Shown here in pieces: positions 1 through 9,786 of a stretch of 64,000 bases of DNA. The stretch's first letter is position 1. Each line of letters opens with the position of its first letter. The stretch spans positions 23,022 through 87,021 of the forward strand of contig CAZPAO010000005.1 in the NCBI GenBank assembly GCA_964584665.1, in the 5' to 3' direction. Under the pieces are notes generated by a model. That model was not told the DNA's origin, did not search any database, and was given only the letters and a program-made list of their open reading frames with translations. The position numbers were made by a program, and so were the translations under genes. This DNA is from an uncultured Gammaproteobacteria bacterium. GTDB lineage: Bacteria > Pseudomonadota > Gammaproteobacteria > Natronospirales > REEB76.

Positions 1-282
1 AGCGAGTCGCCGTTCTTCTACCCGGAGACCATCGTCGAGATGCACCGGGCCCTGCGCAACGCCGGCTTCGCCGACAGCCGCACCCTGAACTTCCCCCAGC
101 CCACCTACCCGTCAGGCTGGTGGTCGGCGACGCTCGCGAAGAAGGATGGGCGTCTGAACAGCTTCCGCCGCCGCGATGCGGAGGACAAGTCGTTCGAGAC
201 CCGCTATTACTCGGCCGCGGTGCATGAGACGGCGTTCGTGTTGCCGCCGTTCCTCAAGGAAGCCTTGGCTTCTCTGCGTTAG
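1..282 (+). CDS. speE: Polyamine aminopropyltransferase (spermidine synthase), C-terminal part; 5' end lies outside the window
   Basis: Frame 1 is open from the window edge. The sequence ...ETIVEMHRALRNAGFADSRTLNFPQPTYPSGWWSATLAKKDG... matches the conserved SpeE C-terminal region. Stop at 280-282. Confidence 0.8.
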   Translation, partial: SESPFFYPETIVEMHRALRNAGFADSRTLNFPQPTYPSGWWSATLAKKDGRLNSFRRRDAEDKSFETRYYSAAVHETAFVLPPFLKEALASLR

Positions 283-294
283 TATCCGAAGACT

Positions 295-420
295 CATAAG
301 CGTCGCGAGCGAAGACGGGGCTAGGCGCGCGAGGCGAACAGGAGGGAGCGTACTCTTGGTGTACGTGACCGACTGCGAGTCCGAAGCGCAACGACGCCCC
401 GACGAGCGCAGCAGCTTATG
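295..420. repeat. Copy A of a roughly 126-bp structured intergenic repeat with terminal inverted repeats CATAAGC...GCTTATG
   Basis: About 85% identical by hand alignment to the reverse complement of 59969-60095. A shortened copy lies at 38770-38845. It fills the gap between the convergent speE and DUF4124 genes. Confidence 0.7.
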
Positions 421-868
421 AGCCGCAGTCGGACTTTATCTCCGACTCTATCTCCTGCTCCTGCTGCGCGCGCGCGGCGTCATCCAGGTAGTTCATGTTG
501 CCCTGGGCGTCCACGGTGGCGGCGCGGCCGCTGTTCTGCAGCGTGATGAGCCGCGAGCGCAGGTCGTCGCAGCGCTCCTTCTTCTCCGCCTCCGCCTTGG
601 GATCCGGCTTGTTCTTGTCGGCGGCAGCCTGGTCCTTCTTGGCCTTGTCGTCCTGCTGTTTCTGCAGGTCCTGATAGTTGCGCAGGCTGGTCGGGTCCGG
701 CGGCGGCGGGTTCACGTCCACCGTCTGAGCCTGCACGTTCGTGCTGGGCGGAGGGGTCTGGGAGAAGTGCACGTGGCCGTCCTTATCCACCCACTTGTAG
801 ACTTGGTCGGCGGCGGCGAGCGCGGAGAAGAGCGCAAGACCGCAAGCGAGCGCGATGCGTGCGTTCAT
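416..868 (-). CDS. DUF4124 domain-containing secreted protein
   Basis: Signal peptide MNARIALACGLALFSALAAA followed by the DQVYKWVDKDGHVHFSQTPP motif typical of DUF4124. The GGAGGTGG RBS and an ATGA overlap with the upstream gene favour a start at 868 rather than 883. Confidence 0.75.
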   Translation of the reverse strand: MNARIALACGLALFSALAAADQVYKWVDKDGHVHFSQTPPPSTNVQAQTVDVNPPPPDPTSLRNYQDLQKQQDDKAKKDQAAADKNKPDPKAEAEKKERCDDLRSRLITLQNSGRAATVDAQGNMNYLDDAARAQQEQEIESEIKSDCGS

Positions 869-1314
869 GCGCCACCTCCGCAAGCCTGGGTGACGTAGCT
901 GCGGGCCTCATCGAGTGCCTGTTTCTTCGCATCCGCGCTCAGCGGCTGCTTGTTGCCCTTGTCGTCCAGCTGATAGAGGCTGTCGGCGTGCAGGTATTTG
1001 AACAGCCGGTCGCGGCCCGCCTTGCAGGCGGGCGAATCGCCCGGCTGCGGCTGCAGCAACGTGGCGTCGTCCGCGGCAGCCCCCGCGGGCGCCTGGCCGG
1101 CCGCGGCCGGGGGCAGAGGCTTGGTGCTGGCGTTGGGCAGCGTGCCGTTGTTCTGGATGTTCAGCTGCTGCGCCTTGTCGCTGTGGGGTTCGGTGCTGTA
1201 GTGCACCTTGCCCTGCTCGTCCACCCACTTATATATAGGCGTGTCGGCACGGACGGCACCGAGGCCGAGCAGCGATAGAGCGAGGGATGCGGCTACGAGG
1301 GTCTTCAGCTTCAT
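865..1314 (-). CDS. DUF4124 domain-containing secreted protein (paralogue)
   Basis: MKLKTLVAASLALSLLGLGAVRA signal followed by DTPIYKWVDEQGKVHYSTEPH. A GGAGGA RBS precedes the ATG at 1314. The ORF track extends further upstream to 1392. Confidence 0.75.
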   Translation of the reverse strand: MKLKTLVAASLALSLLGLGAVRADTPIYKWVDEQGKVHYSTEPHSDKAQQLNIQNNGTLPNASTKPLPPAAAGQAPAGAAADDATLLQPQPGDSPACKAGRDRLFKYLHADSLYQLDDKGNKQPLSADAKKQALDEARSYVTQACGGGA

Positions 1315-1333
1315 GGCGGATCCTCCGGCGGGC

Positions 1334-1732
<399 letters not shown>

Positions 1733-1809
1733 CTAACACCCCGTCCGGTGCGGTCCCCGATACCTATATACTGATAACATAAAGTCGCTTACGCACACGA
1801 GGGCGGCCG

Positions 1810-2085
1810 ATGGCACTGGACCCCAAGATCCTGGATGACTTGGCCCGCAAGCTGGCGGACTCGGTCCCGCCCGGCCTCAAGGACCTCAAGTCCGACCTGG
1901 AACACAATTTCCGCGCCATGCTGCAGACCGCGCTCGGCAAGCTCGACCTCGTGACCCGCGAGGAGTTCGACGTGCAGGCGGGCGTGCTGTCGCGCACCCG
2001 CACCAAACTGGAGGAGCTGTCGCAGCGCTTGGCGGAACTCGAGACCGCCCTCGCCGCGCAGGAACAGGAAAAGAGCGGCAGATAG
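1810..2085 (+). CDS. ubiK: Accessory factor UbiK family (YqiC/BMFP-like coiled-coil protein)
   Basis: 91 aa. The sequence MALDPKILDDLARKLADSVPPGLKDLKSDLEHNFRAMLQTALGKLDLVTREEFDVQ is typical of this family. Confidence 0.8.
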   Translation: MALDPKILDDLARKLADSVPPGLKDLKSDLEHNFRAMLQTALGKLDLVTREEFDVQAGVLSRTRTKLEELSQRLAELETALAAQEQEKSGR

Positions 2086-2097
2086 CAGGGAGCTGCG

Positions 2098-3609
2098 GTG
2101 CTAGCCAAGATATACAGCCGCGCGCAAGCCGGCGTAGACGCACCTCTCGTCACGGTAGAAGTCCATCAATCCAATGGGCTGCCCGCGCTCAACATCGTGG
2201 GCCTGCCGGAAGCCGCGGTGAGGGAAAGCAAGGATCGGGTCAGAAGCGCGCTCATCAACTCCCGCTTCGACTTCCCCGCCCGCAAGCTCACCGTCAACCT
2301 CGCCCCCGCTGATCTGCCCAAGGAAGGCGGACGTTTCGACCTGCCGATCGCTCTCGGCATCCTCGCCGCTTCCGGCCAGCTGGACGCCGCCGCCCTGAAA
2401 GACATCGAGTTCCTGGGCGAGCTTTCCTTGAGCGGCGAGCTGCGCCCCGTGCGCGGAGCCCTTCCGGCGGCACTCAAGGCCCGCAAGGCGGGGCGTGCCC
2501 TACTGGTGCCCTTGGAGAACGCGGACGAGGCAGCCCTGGTCTCGGGTGTCACCATACTCGGTGCGCGACATCTCTTGGATGTATGCGCCCATCTCACGGG
2601 CCGGCAGCGCATCGAAGCTCACGTCTCTGCCTTGAGTTCCTTCCATCCCCGCTATGAAGACCTGGTGGACGTGCGCGGCCAGCATCAGGCCAAGCGTGCG
2701 CTGGAGATAGCTGCCGCCGGCGGGCATTCGCTGCTGTTCGTCGGACCGCCCGGCACGGGCAAGAGCATGCTGGCGAGCCGCTTGCCCGGGATACTCCCGC
2801 CCATGACCGAAGACGAAGCCCTGGAGACCGCGGCCGTCGCCTCCATCAGCGACACGGGTTTCCACGCGGAACACTGGCGCAAGCGGCCTTACCGGAACCC
2901 GCATCACACGGCGTCCGCCGTGGCCTTGGTGGGTGGCGGATCTTTCCCTCGTCCTGGCGAGATCTCGCTCGCCCATCACGGCGTGCTGTTCCTGGACGAA
3001 CTGCCGGAGTTCGACCGCAAGGTATTGGAAGTGCTGCGGGAACCCCTGGAGAGCGGCAGCATCGTGGTGTCCCGCGCCGCGCGCCAGGCGGAGTTCCCGG
3101 CGGCGTTCCAGCTCATCGCCGCCATGAACCCCTGCCCCTGCGGTTATCTCGGCGATCCCTCCGGCCGCTGCCGCTGCACGCCGGACCAGGTGCAACGATA
3201 TCGGTCGAAGGTATCAGGCCCGCTCCTGGACCGTATCGATCTGCACGTGGAAGCGCCGCGGGTCGCGCGCGAGGCGCTCAGGCCCGATACGCCGCCGGAC
3301 GGCGAGACCAGCGCTGAAGTGATGCTGCGCGTCACCAGCGCCCGGGAACGGCAACTCACGCGCGCCGGGAAACCCAACGCGCGCCTCGCCACACGGGAGG
3401 TCAACAAGCACTGCAAGCCCGACCAGGCAGGGCAGCAATTGCTCGAGCGGGCCATGGAACAGCTCGGTCTCTCGGCTCGTGCCTACCACCGCATCCTGAA
3501 GGTGGCCCGTACCATCGCCGACATCGCCGGTGCAGAAGACGTCAGCAGCACACACGTGGCTGAAGCTGTCGGGTATAGGGTACTGGACCGGCACAAGACG
3601 CTCGGCTGA
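2098..3609 (+). CDS. comM: YifB/ComM family Mg-chelatase-like AAA+ ATPase
   Basis: 503 aa with a GTG start. It has an N-terminal Lon-protease-like domain, Walker A GPPGTGKS, HHGVLFLDELPEF, and a C-terminal ChlI-like tail SARAYHRILKVARTIADI. Confidence 0.9.
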   Translation: MLAKIYSRAQAGVDAPLVTVEVHQSNGLPALNIVGLPEAAVRESKDRVRSALINSRFDFPARKLTVNLAPADLPKEGGRFDLPIALGILAASGQLDAAALKDIEFLGELSLSGELRPVRGALPAALKARKAGRALLVPLENADEAALVSGVTILGARHLLDVCAHLTGRQRIEAHVSALSSFHPRYEDLVDVRGQHQAKRALEIAAAGGHSLLFVGPPGTGKSMLASRLPGILPPMTEDEALETAAVASISDTGFHAEHWRKRPYRNPHHTASAVALVGGGSFPRPGEISLAHHGVLFLDELPEFDRKVLEVLREPLESGSIVVSRAARQAEFPAAFQLIAAMNPCPCGYLGDPSGRCRCTPDQVQRYRSKVSGPLLDRIDLHVEAPRVAREALRPDTPPDGETSAEVMLRVTSARERQLTRAGKPNARLATREVNKHCKPDQAGQQLLERAMEQLGLSARAYHRILKVARTIADIAGAEDVSSTHVAEAVGYRVLDRHKTLG

Positions 3610-3712
3610 TACAGGGAATTTATGCCCGTCGGCGCGGTCCAAGCCGGCGGGGAGTAGTCTTTCCGGACCCAATTCCAAGAACGATCCATAGAACCACCTC
3701 AGGAGTGTTCCC

Positions 3713-5257
3713 ATGAAATCTGCACAGATCCTCGGCACGCTGGTGCTGGGCCTGATGGCGAGCCTGCCGGCCCTGGCGGACGATGCCAAGCCTGCCGCGC
3801 CTGCCGCGGCCACCACGGACCAGCAATCCGCCACACAGGGCTCGGTCACGGTGGGCGGCAAGAGCATCGCCTACACCGCCAATGCCGGCACCCTGGTACT
3901 GAAGAACGACAAGGGCGAGCCCACCGCGAGCATGTCCTACGTGGCCTACCTCGCCAACGGCGCTTCCGCCACCAGCCGCCCCGTCATGTTCATCTACAAC
4001 GGCGGCCCCGGCTCCTCCACCATCTGGCTGCACATGGCCTCCTTCGGCCCGAAGCGCGCGCTGCTCGGCGATGCCAAGCACACCGCACCCGCGGCCTATC
4101 AGCTGGTTAACAACGAATACAGCCTGCTGGACGCCACTGACCTCGTGTTCGTGGACGCGGTGGGCACCGGCTTCGGCCGCGTGCTGGACAAGGACGCGGG
4201 CGGCAAGGGCGAGGCCAAGGACTTCTACGGCGTGGACCAGGACGGCCGTGCCTTCACCCAGTTCATCGAGCGCTTCCTGACCAAGTACAGCCGCTGGAAC
4301 AGCCCGAAGTATCTCTTCGGCGAGAGCTACGGCACGCCGCGCTCGGCAGTGGTGGCGAACGACCTCGTCAACGATTCTGTGGACCTGAACGGCGTGATCC
4401 TGCTGTCGGCCATCCTCAACTTCGACCTCAACGCCGACTTCCCGCAGATCAACCCGGGCGTGGACCTGCCCTACGCCGTGAACCTGCCGACCCTGGCGGC
4501 GAGCGCCTGGTACCACAAGAAAGCCGGCACCAGCTTCAGCGATCTCCCCACCTACCTGCATGAGGTGGAGCAGTTCGCGATGGGTGATTACCTGTCGGCC
4601 CTGAACCAGGGTTCCGAACTTTCCGCCGACAAGAAGCGCGAGATCGCCCAGAAGATGTCCGGCTACATCGGCCTGCCGGTGGATTACCTGATGAAGGCCA
4701 ACCTGCGCGTCGCCGGGCCGCATTTCGAGCAGCAGCTGCTGCAGGACAGCGACGAGACCACCGGACGTTTCGACACCCGCTATGCCGGTCCGGCCCTGGA
4801 TCCGCTGGGTGAGTTCGCCTCCTACGATCCGCAGTCCGCGGCCATCGGCTCGCCCATCGTCTCGCTCTTCAACGACTACGAGCGCAACCAGCTCAAGTTC
4901 GGCCAGGATCTGGTCTACGTGCCGGTGAGCGGCGACGTGGGCAACAACTGGGACTTCAAGCACGCCCAGCCCGGCGCGCCGCCGCTGCCCTTCGGCGTGA
5001 ACGTGATGCCGGACCTGGCCGCCGCCATGACCCAGAACCCGGACATGAAGGTGATGCTGAACGCGGGTTACTACGACCTGGCGACGCCCTACTACTCGGC
5101 GGTGTACGTGATGCACCACCTGCCGATGGCGCAGGCGTTGCAGAAGAACATCTCCTACGGCTTCTATCCGGCCGGTCACATGGTGTACGTGAACCTGGAC
5201 AGCCTGAAGATGCTGCACGACAACGTGGCCAAGTTCATCGGTTCCAGCCACAAGTGA
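3713..5257 (+). CDS. Secreted S10 family serine carboxypeptidase-like protein
   Basis: Signal peptide, then FIYNGGPGSSTIWLHMASFGP and the nucleophile motif GESYG(TPRS), which are S10 signatures. Confidence 0.8.
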   Translation: MKSAQILGTLVLGLMASLPALADDAKPAAPAAATTDQQSATQGSVTVGGKSIAYTANAGTLVLKNDKGEPTASMSYVAYLANGASATSRPVMFIYNGGPGSSTIWLHMASFGPKRALLGDAKHTAPAAYQLVNNEYSLLDATDLVFVDAVGTGFGRVLDKDAGGKGEAKDFYGVDQDGRAFTQFIERFLTKYSRWNSPKYLFGESYGTPRSAVVANDLVNDSVDLNGVILLSAILNFDLNADFPQINPGVDLPYAVNLPTLAASAWYHKKAGTSFSDLPTYLHEVEQFAMGDYLSALNQGSELSADKKREIAQKMSGYIGLPVDYLMKANLRVAGPHFEQQLLQDSDETTGRFDTRYAGPALDPLGEFASYDPQSAAIGSPIVSLFNDYERNQLKFGQDLVYVPVSGDVGNNWDFKHAQPGAPPLPFGVNVMPDLAAAMTQNPDMKVMLNAGYYDLATPYYSAVYVMHHLPMAQALQKNISYGFYPAGHMVYVNLDSLKMLHDNVAKFIGSSHK

Positions 5258-5274
5258 CCATGTCTTGATGTGAT

Positions 5275-5315
5275 CTGGCCGCGTATCCCTTGCGGGATGC
5301 GCGGCCAGTCTTTTT
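5275..5315 (+). terminator. Rho-independent terminator after the S10 peptidase gene
   Basis: CTGGCCGCG(T)ATCCC-TTGC-GGGATGCGCGGCCAG stem followed by TCTTTTT. Confidence 0.6.
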
Positions 5316-5359
5316 CACTTCCGCCAAATCTAGTCAGCGATGGGGCGGCGAAGCGCCCT

Positions 5360-7456
5360 TCACCACAGGCGCACCCTGTCTTCCGGCGCGATATACATCT
5401 TGTCGCCCGGCTTGACGTCGAAGATCGTGTACCAATCATCTATGTTGCGCAGCGAAGCGTTGATGCGCATGAAGGGCGGTGCGTTGGCGCCGGTGGCGAC
5501 CAGGTTACGGATGAACGCTTCAGGGAACCGCACGCGCCACATCTGCGCACGCCCCAGGTAGACCCGCTGGTCCCCGGTGAAACCGTCCAGCACCGGGGGC
5601 GTCTTGCCATGGAGCGAGAGACGGTAGGCGTCCAGTACCAGCTGCATGGCGCCCAGGTCCATGACCGCCTCGTTCAGCACCAGTTGTCCCTGCACATGCA
5701 GGCCCGGCAATGCTTCGACAGCTGAATACTGCGCGCTGAGCTTGGCGCACTCCTTGTCGAAGTAGGCGTTCTCCGCCGGTGTCCACCAGTCGTGGAGTTT
5801 GCCATCGGCATCGAAGTGCCGCCCCGTCATGCTGAAGGCACCGTACATCGATTCCGCCAGCAATGCACCGACGGCTCCATAGTTGACCGCATCATCGGCC
5901 CTAAGGTCGAAGAAGGGCGGTTGTAGCAATGCCGCGGGGATCTCCACCGTGTCGGTGGTGTCGAGGAAGTTGTAGTTCGGGTACTCGGGTACCGAGAACC
6001 ATAGATCCCGGTCGAAGGGCTTGTGCAGGCGGGTCACCAGCGTCCGCCAGTTGTAGGCCTTGGCCCGGACCACGTCGCCGTAGAGATCGCTGTCGCTGAG
6101 ATCCAGTCCCCGGTAGTCGTCGAAGTGATCCGGATAACCCACCTTGATGCGCATCCGGGCCAGTTTCGCCCGGGCCTTGGCCCGCGTCGCCGTGCTCATC
6201 CAGGCCAGATGCTGCAGGCGCGTGTCCAGAGCGGTACGCATGTACTCGGCCATCTGTTCGACGTGTGCTTTCGCTTCAGGCGATGAGTAGTGATCCACAT
6301 AGAACTTGCCGAGGATGTCGGGGATGAACAGCTCCAGGGCCGACTCGGCCTGCACATCGCGCGGCAGGCGCGGGAAAGAGGCGCCCAGGAAGACGCGGGT
6401 ACGGAACTCGAAGTTCGCATCGGCGAAGGGGGTGCTCAGGTAGGGAGCATTCTCGTCCACGGCGGCGAAGGCCTGGCGGGCCCGCAGCACCGCGATCGGG
6501 GTGGACGCGTAGACCGCCGCGATCTTGGGGATGGCGTCCTTGGCATCCACCACCACCTCATCGACGCCGGTGAGGCCGGCCGCCTTGAAGAAGGCGGTCC
6601 AGTCGAAGCCCGGCGCGGACTTGCGCAGCTCAGTCACCCGCATCGGATTGTAGGTCTTCACGGCATCGAGTTGCTGCTCATGGGACCAGCTCACTCCCGC
6701 CACACGCGTCTCGAAAGCGACCACGTCGGCGGCGCGTGCCTTCGCGTCCGGCCACGCTGCGAGCGTCAGCATCTTCTCGACGTAATCCTGATAGGTCTTC
6801 TTGAAGTCGGCGAGCTTGGGATCGAGGTAGTACTCCGGTCCGGGCATGAGAAGCCCGCCTTGGCCCAGGTAGACCGTGTAGCGGTCGGTATGCACACGGT
6901 CCTGCGCTATATCCAGGTTGAACAGGGCGCGCTGGGTCAGTACCTGCTTGAAGAGCGAACGTTGGATGCCAGGGCCCGCGTCGTAGCCCATCACAGCGGC
7001 CATGGCCGAGAGGTCGCTGGCCGCCCGGATGGTCTCCAGTTCAGGCTTGAGCGCCCCGACGCCCGCAACGTCGATGCGGCCGGTGTCCAAGAAAGCGCGG
7101 TAGAAGGCACTGGCTTTCTCTTCCGCACTGCCTGGTTCCAGGTCCGTGCGCGCTGATATCTCGGTGAGCACCGCCGCCACGCGCCGGGGTGCCAGGCGAC
7201 GCAAGTCGCGCCAGTAGGCACGCAATTGATTGTCGTCGAGCTGGCGCTTGATCCAGCCGCCGTTCTGCGAGAGGTAGAAGTCATCACCGGCCTTGATCGT
7301 CGGGTCGCGATCGCTGAGTTCCACGCCCCAGGTGCCGAGGGGATGGGTCTCGAGGTCGGCGGCAGCAGCAGGAGCGTCCGCTGCTACCGCGACCACCATC
7401 ATGGCCATGGCGGCGGCACAAAGGGCCGATATGAGAAACGCCTTCACCCCACGCAT
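5360..7456 (-). CDS. M13 (neprilysin/PepO) family homologue with a degenerate active site; predicted non-catalytic
   Basis: The whole length has M13 architecture, with a signal peptide, LNEAVMDLG in place of GENIADxGG, and a C-terminal RVRLW. At the HExxH position it reads AESMY (nt 5843-5857). Start chosen at MRGVKAF. Confidence 0.85.
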   Translation of the reverse strand: MRGVKAFLISALCAAAMAMMVVAVAADAPAAAADLETHPLGTWGVELSDRDPTIKAGDDFYLSQNGGWIKRQLDDNQLRAYWRDLRRLAPRRVAAVLTEISARTDLEPGSAEEKASAFYRAFLDTGRIDVAGVGALKPELETIRAASDLSAMAAVMGYDAGPGIQRSLFKQVLTQRALFNLDIAQDRVHTDRYTVYLGQGGLLMPGPEYYLDPKLADFKKTYQDYVEKMLTLAAWPDAKARAADVVAFETRVAGVSWSHEQQLDAVKTYNPMRVTELRKSAPGFDWTAFFKAAGLTGVDEVVVDAKDAIPKIAAVYASTPIAVLRARQAFAAVDENAPYLSTPFADANFEFRTRVFLGASFPRLPRDVQAESALELFIPDILGKFYVDHYSSPEAKAHVEQMAEYMRTALDTRLQHLAWMSTATRAKARAKLARMRIKVGYPDHFDDYRGLDLSDSDLYGDVVRAKAYNWRTLVTRLHKPFDRDLWFSVPEYPNYNFLDTTDTVEIPAALLQPPFFDLRADDAVNYGAVGALLAESMYGAFSMTGRHFDADGKLHDWWTPAENAYFDKECAKLSAQYSAVEALPGLHVQGQLVLNEAVMDLGAMQLVLDAYRLSLHGKTPPVLDGFTGDQRVYLGRAQMWRVRFPEAFIRNLVATGANAPPFMRINASLRNIDDWYTIFDVKPGDKMYIAPEDRVRLW

Positions 7457-7719
7457 TGGAAACTCCTTATGAGACGGCTGATGCATGCCTCATCGATAGC
7501 AGGCACGCAGGAGGCGTCCCTATGCGCGGAGTGTGTGCCGGTGCCTGGACTCGTGAAAGAGCCAACATATGCTGCTTGGACCAGACCAAAGCCGATCCAG
7601 ACCAGGCGCTGCGAGAGGCTTGGTCGGGCCGATGCGCCGCATCTTGGACCTTACCCTGCGGCGTACGTGCCGGTAGCCTGCGCGCGTCGGCCCTGGTCTT
7701 GGGGCCGCAGGAGCAGACC

Positions 7720-8175
7720 ATGACCACCATCACCACGTTGCGTGCTACGGCCGCAGACAGCGCGCGGCTTGCGCCGCTCTTCGACAGCTACCGGGGTTTC
7801 TATGGATGGCGCCCGGACCCGGAAGGCGCGGAGCGCTTCCTGCGACAGCGCCTGGAGGATCAGGATTCGCTGGTGCTATACGCGATCGCCGACGGAGCGG
7901 GACCCGTGCTGGGCTTCGTGCAGCTCTATCCCAGTTTTTCATCCCTGAGCATGCGGCCGACGTTCATCCTGAATGACCTCTACGTCTGTCCCGAGGCGCG
8001 CCGCCGAGGCATCGCCCGCACCCTGTTACAGGACGTGCATACCACCGCGCGTGAGTTGGGCGCAGTGTCTCTCCAGTTGGAGACAGCGAGGTCTAATGCG
8101 GGTGCGCGTTACCTATATGAGAGCGAAGGCTACCGGCTCGAGCAGGACTTCGTGCAATACATCCGGAAAGTCTGA
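7720..8175 (+). CDS. GNAT family N-acetyltransferase
   Basis: 151 aa starting at MTTITTLR. The acetyl-CoA motif is VCPEARRRGIARTLL. The upstream part of ORF 7456-8175 overlaps the M13 gene start and promoter and is discounted. Confidence 0.8.
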   Translation: MTTITTLRATAADSARLAPLFDSYRGFYGWRPDPEGAERFLRQRLEDQDSLVLYAIADGAGPVLGFVQLYPSFSSLSMRPTFILNDLYVCPEARRRGIARTLLQDVHTTARELGAVSLQLETARSNAGARYLYESEGYRLEQDFVQYIRKV

Positions 8176-8186
8176 GCCTCTCGTCT

Positions 8187-9680
8187 TCAGCGTAGCGGAC
8201 GCAGCACTTCACGTAGGCCACGCACCCCAGCCTGCAGCTCACGGGGCCGGAGTGCCGCGAACCCCAGCAGGATGGCGGGCGGCAGCTTGGCCTGCAGGCA
8301 GTAGCGCGAGAGAGGTGGTGCCTCGATGCCCTGGCGCCGCGCGGCTCGGGACACGTCGGCATCATCAGAACCGCGCTGCAACAACCAGCCCAGCGCATGC
8401 ATGCCCGTATCCGCTGCGTCCACACGCAACAACCCCTGGAGTTCCCGTGCGGCTGCTTCCAATAGGATCTCCTGGCGCTCCCGATAGAGTTCGCGCATGC
8501 GCCGCACGTGTCGCGTGAAATGGCCGCCTTCGATGAACTCGGTGAGCGTCGCCTGTTCCAGCGTGGGCGCGAGATGATCGATCGCGCGCCGCGCATCCAG
8601 GAAACGCCCTACCAGTTCCGGCGGCGGGATCAGGTAGCCCAGCCGCAGCGCGGGATACAGCGTCTTGCTGAAGGTGCCGATGTAGATGACGCGTCCCGCG
8701 GTATCCAGCCCCTGCAGGGAAGCGATGGGGAACCCCGTGTAGCGGAACTCGCTGTCGAAATCGTCCTCCACCACCCAGGCACCCGCACGCTGCGCCCAGT
8801 CGAGCAAGGCCAGGCGCCGCGTCAAAGACAAGGTGCGTCCGAGCGGGAAATGATGCGAAGGCGCCATGCAGGCCATGCGGGCATCCGGCGCCGCGCGGAT
8901 CCCCGCCTCCACCACCAGGCCATCCGCATCTACCGGCACGGGCACCGGCGTCGCGCCAGCCAGTTCCACCAGGTTGCGGTTGGCGAGGTAACCCGGATCC
9001 TCCACCCAAGCCTTATCGCCCGGGTGCAGCAGCACGCGTGCGGCGAGGTCCATGGCCTGCTGTGCCCCGCGCACCAGGATCACTTGTTCGGTGTCGGCGG
9101 AGACACCGCGTGAGACGCCCACGTATCCGGCGATGGCGCGGCGTAGCGGCAGGTACCCGGCGGGGTCGCCGTAGCCCAGCAGGGTCCGCGCGGAACTGCG
9201 CGCTGCCTGCGTGTGCAGCCGCGTCCAGAGCCGCAGCGGAAACTCATCCAATGCGGGCTCGCCGATGCGGAACGGCACCGGGGCGGGCTGGAGCGGTGCG
9301 TGCTCCATCTCATCCTGTGTCAGCGGGGCGGGCTTGCGTGGACTCTTCGTTGGTTTCGCCGGCAGGCGTCTTGCGGGCAGTGGAAGCACGGCGACGAAGG
9401 TGCCGGCGGAACCCCGGCCTGCCACGTATCCTTCCGCCTCCAGGTGTTCATAGGCGAGCACCACCGTGGTGCGCGCCACCCGGAGTTCGTCGGCCAGGGC
9501 ACGCGAGGGCGGCAAACGGCTGCCAGGCACGAGCTGTCCCGTGAGGATGGACTGGCGCAGGGCCTGGTAGATCTGGCGGAACACCGGCGTCCCGGACGCG
9601 CGCTGTACGACGATGAGTGGCAGCGGGGCGCTGCGCCCGGCGGTGATTTTGGTCTTCGAAATCGCGGTCATCAGGGTCAT
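8187..9680 (-). CDS. MocR/PdxR-type regulator: GntR-family wHTH fused to a PLP-dependent aminotransferase-like domain
   Basis: N-terminal FRQIYQALRQSILTGQLVPGSRLPPSRALADELRVARTTVVLAYEHLEAEGY, followed by a fold-type I aminotransferase-like domain with ...YIGTFSKTLYPALRLGY (PLP lysine motif). Confidence 0.85.
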   Translation of the reverse strand: MTLMTAISKTKITAGRSAPLPLIVVQRASGTPVFRQIYQALRQSILTGQLVPGSRLPPSRALADELRVARTTVVLAYEHLEAEGYVAGRGSAGTFVAVLPLPARRLPAKPTKSPRKPAPLTQDEMEHAPLQPAPVPFRIGEPALDEFPLRLWTRLHTQAARSSARTLLGYGDPAGYLPLRRAIAGYVGVSRGVSADTEQVILVRGAQQAMDLAARVLLHPGDKAWVEDPGYLANRNLVELAGATPVPVPVDADGLVVEAGIRAAPDARMACMAPSHHFPLGRTLSLTRRLALLDWAQRAGAWVVEDDFDSEFRYTGFPIASLQGLDTAGRVIYIGTFSKTLYPALRLGYLIPPPELVGRFLDARRAIDHLAPTLEQATLTEFIEGGHFTRHVRRMRELYRERQEILLEAAARELQGLLRVDAADTGMHALGWLLQRGSDDADVSRAARRQGIEAPPLSRYCLQAKLPPAILLGFAALRPRELQAGVRGLREVLRPLR

Positions 9681-9786
9681 CCCCCTATACCAACATCGGC
9701 TGATTATGCGCCTCCGGTGGCGCGCTTGTTGGTGGCAGCCTGAAGCCGGATACTCGCGCCATCCTGGGTGAAGTGGTCGCTGCACG

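Noticed and set aside
416-1314. Two adjacent DUF4124 genes with an ATGA overlap, downstream of glnB on the minus strand.
   Set aside because: This looks like a simple tandem paralogue pair of a widespread small periplasmic protein family. There is no additional signal beyond the duplication.
3620-5251. 543-aa ORF antisense to the S10 peptidase gene. Similar long shadow ORFs include 38853-42035 (+, opposite polA), 26704-28728 (-), 61594-63528 (+), 11790-13082 (-), 15887-17182 (-), 46787-48232 (+) and 50686-52242 (+).
   Set aside because: Their translations are low-complexity and rich in R, A, G, H and V, with no recognisable motifs. Each lies exactly opposite a gene with strong family signatures. 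Long open antisense frames are expected in high-GC DNA.
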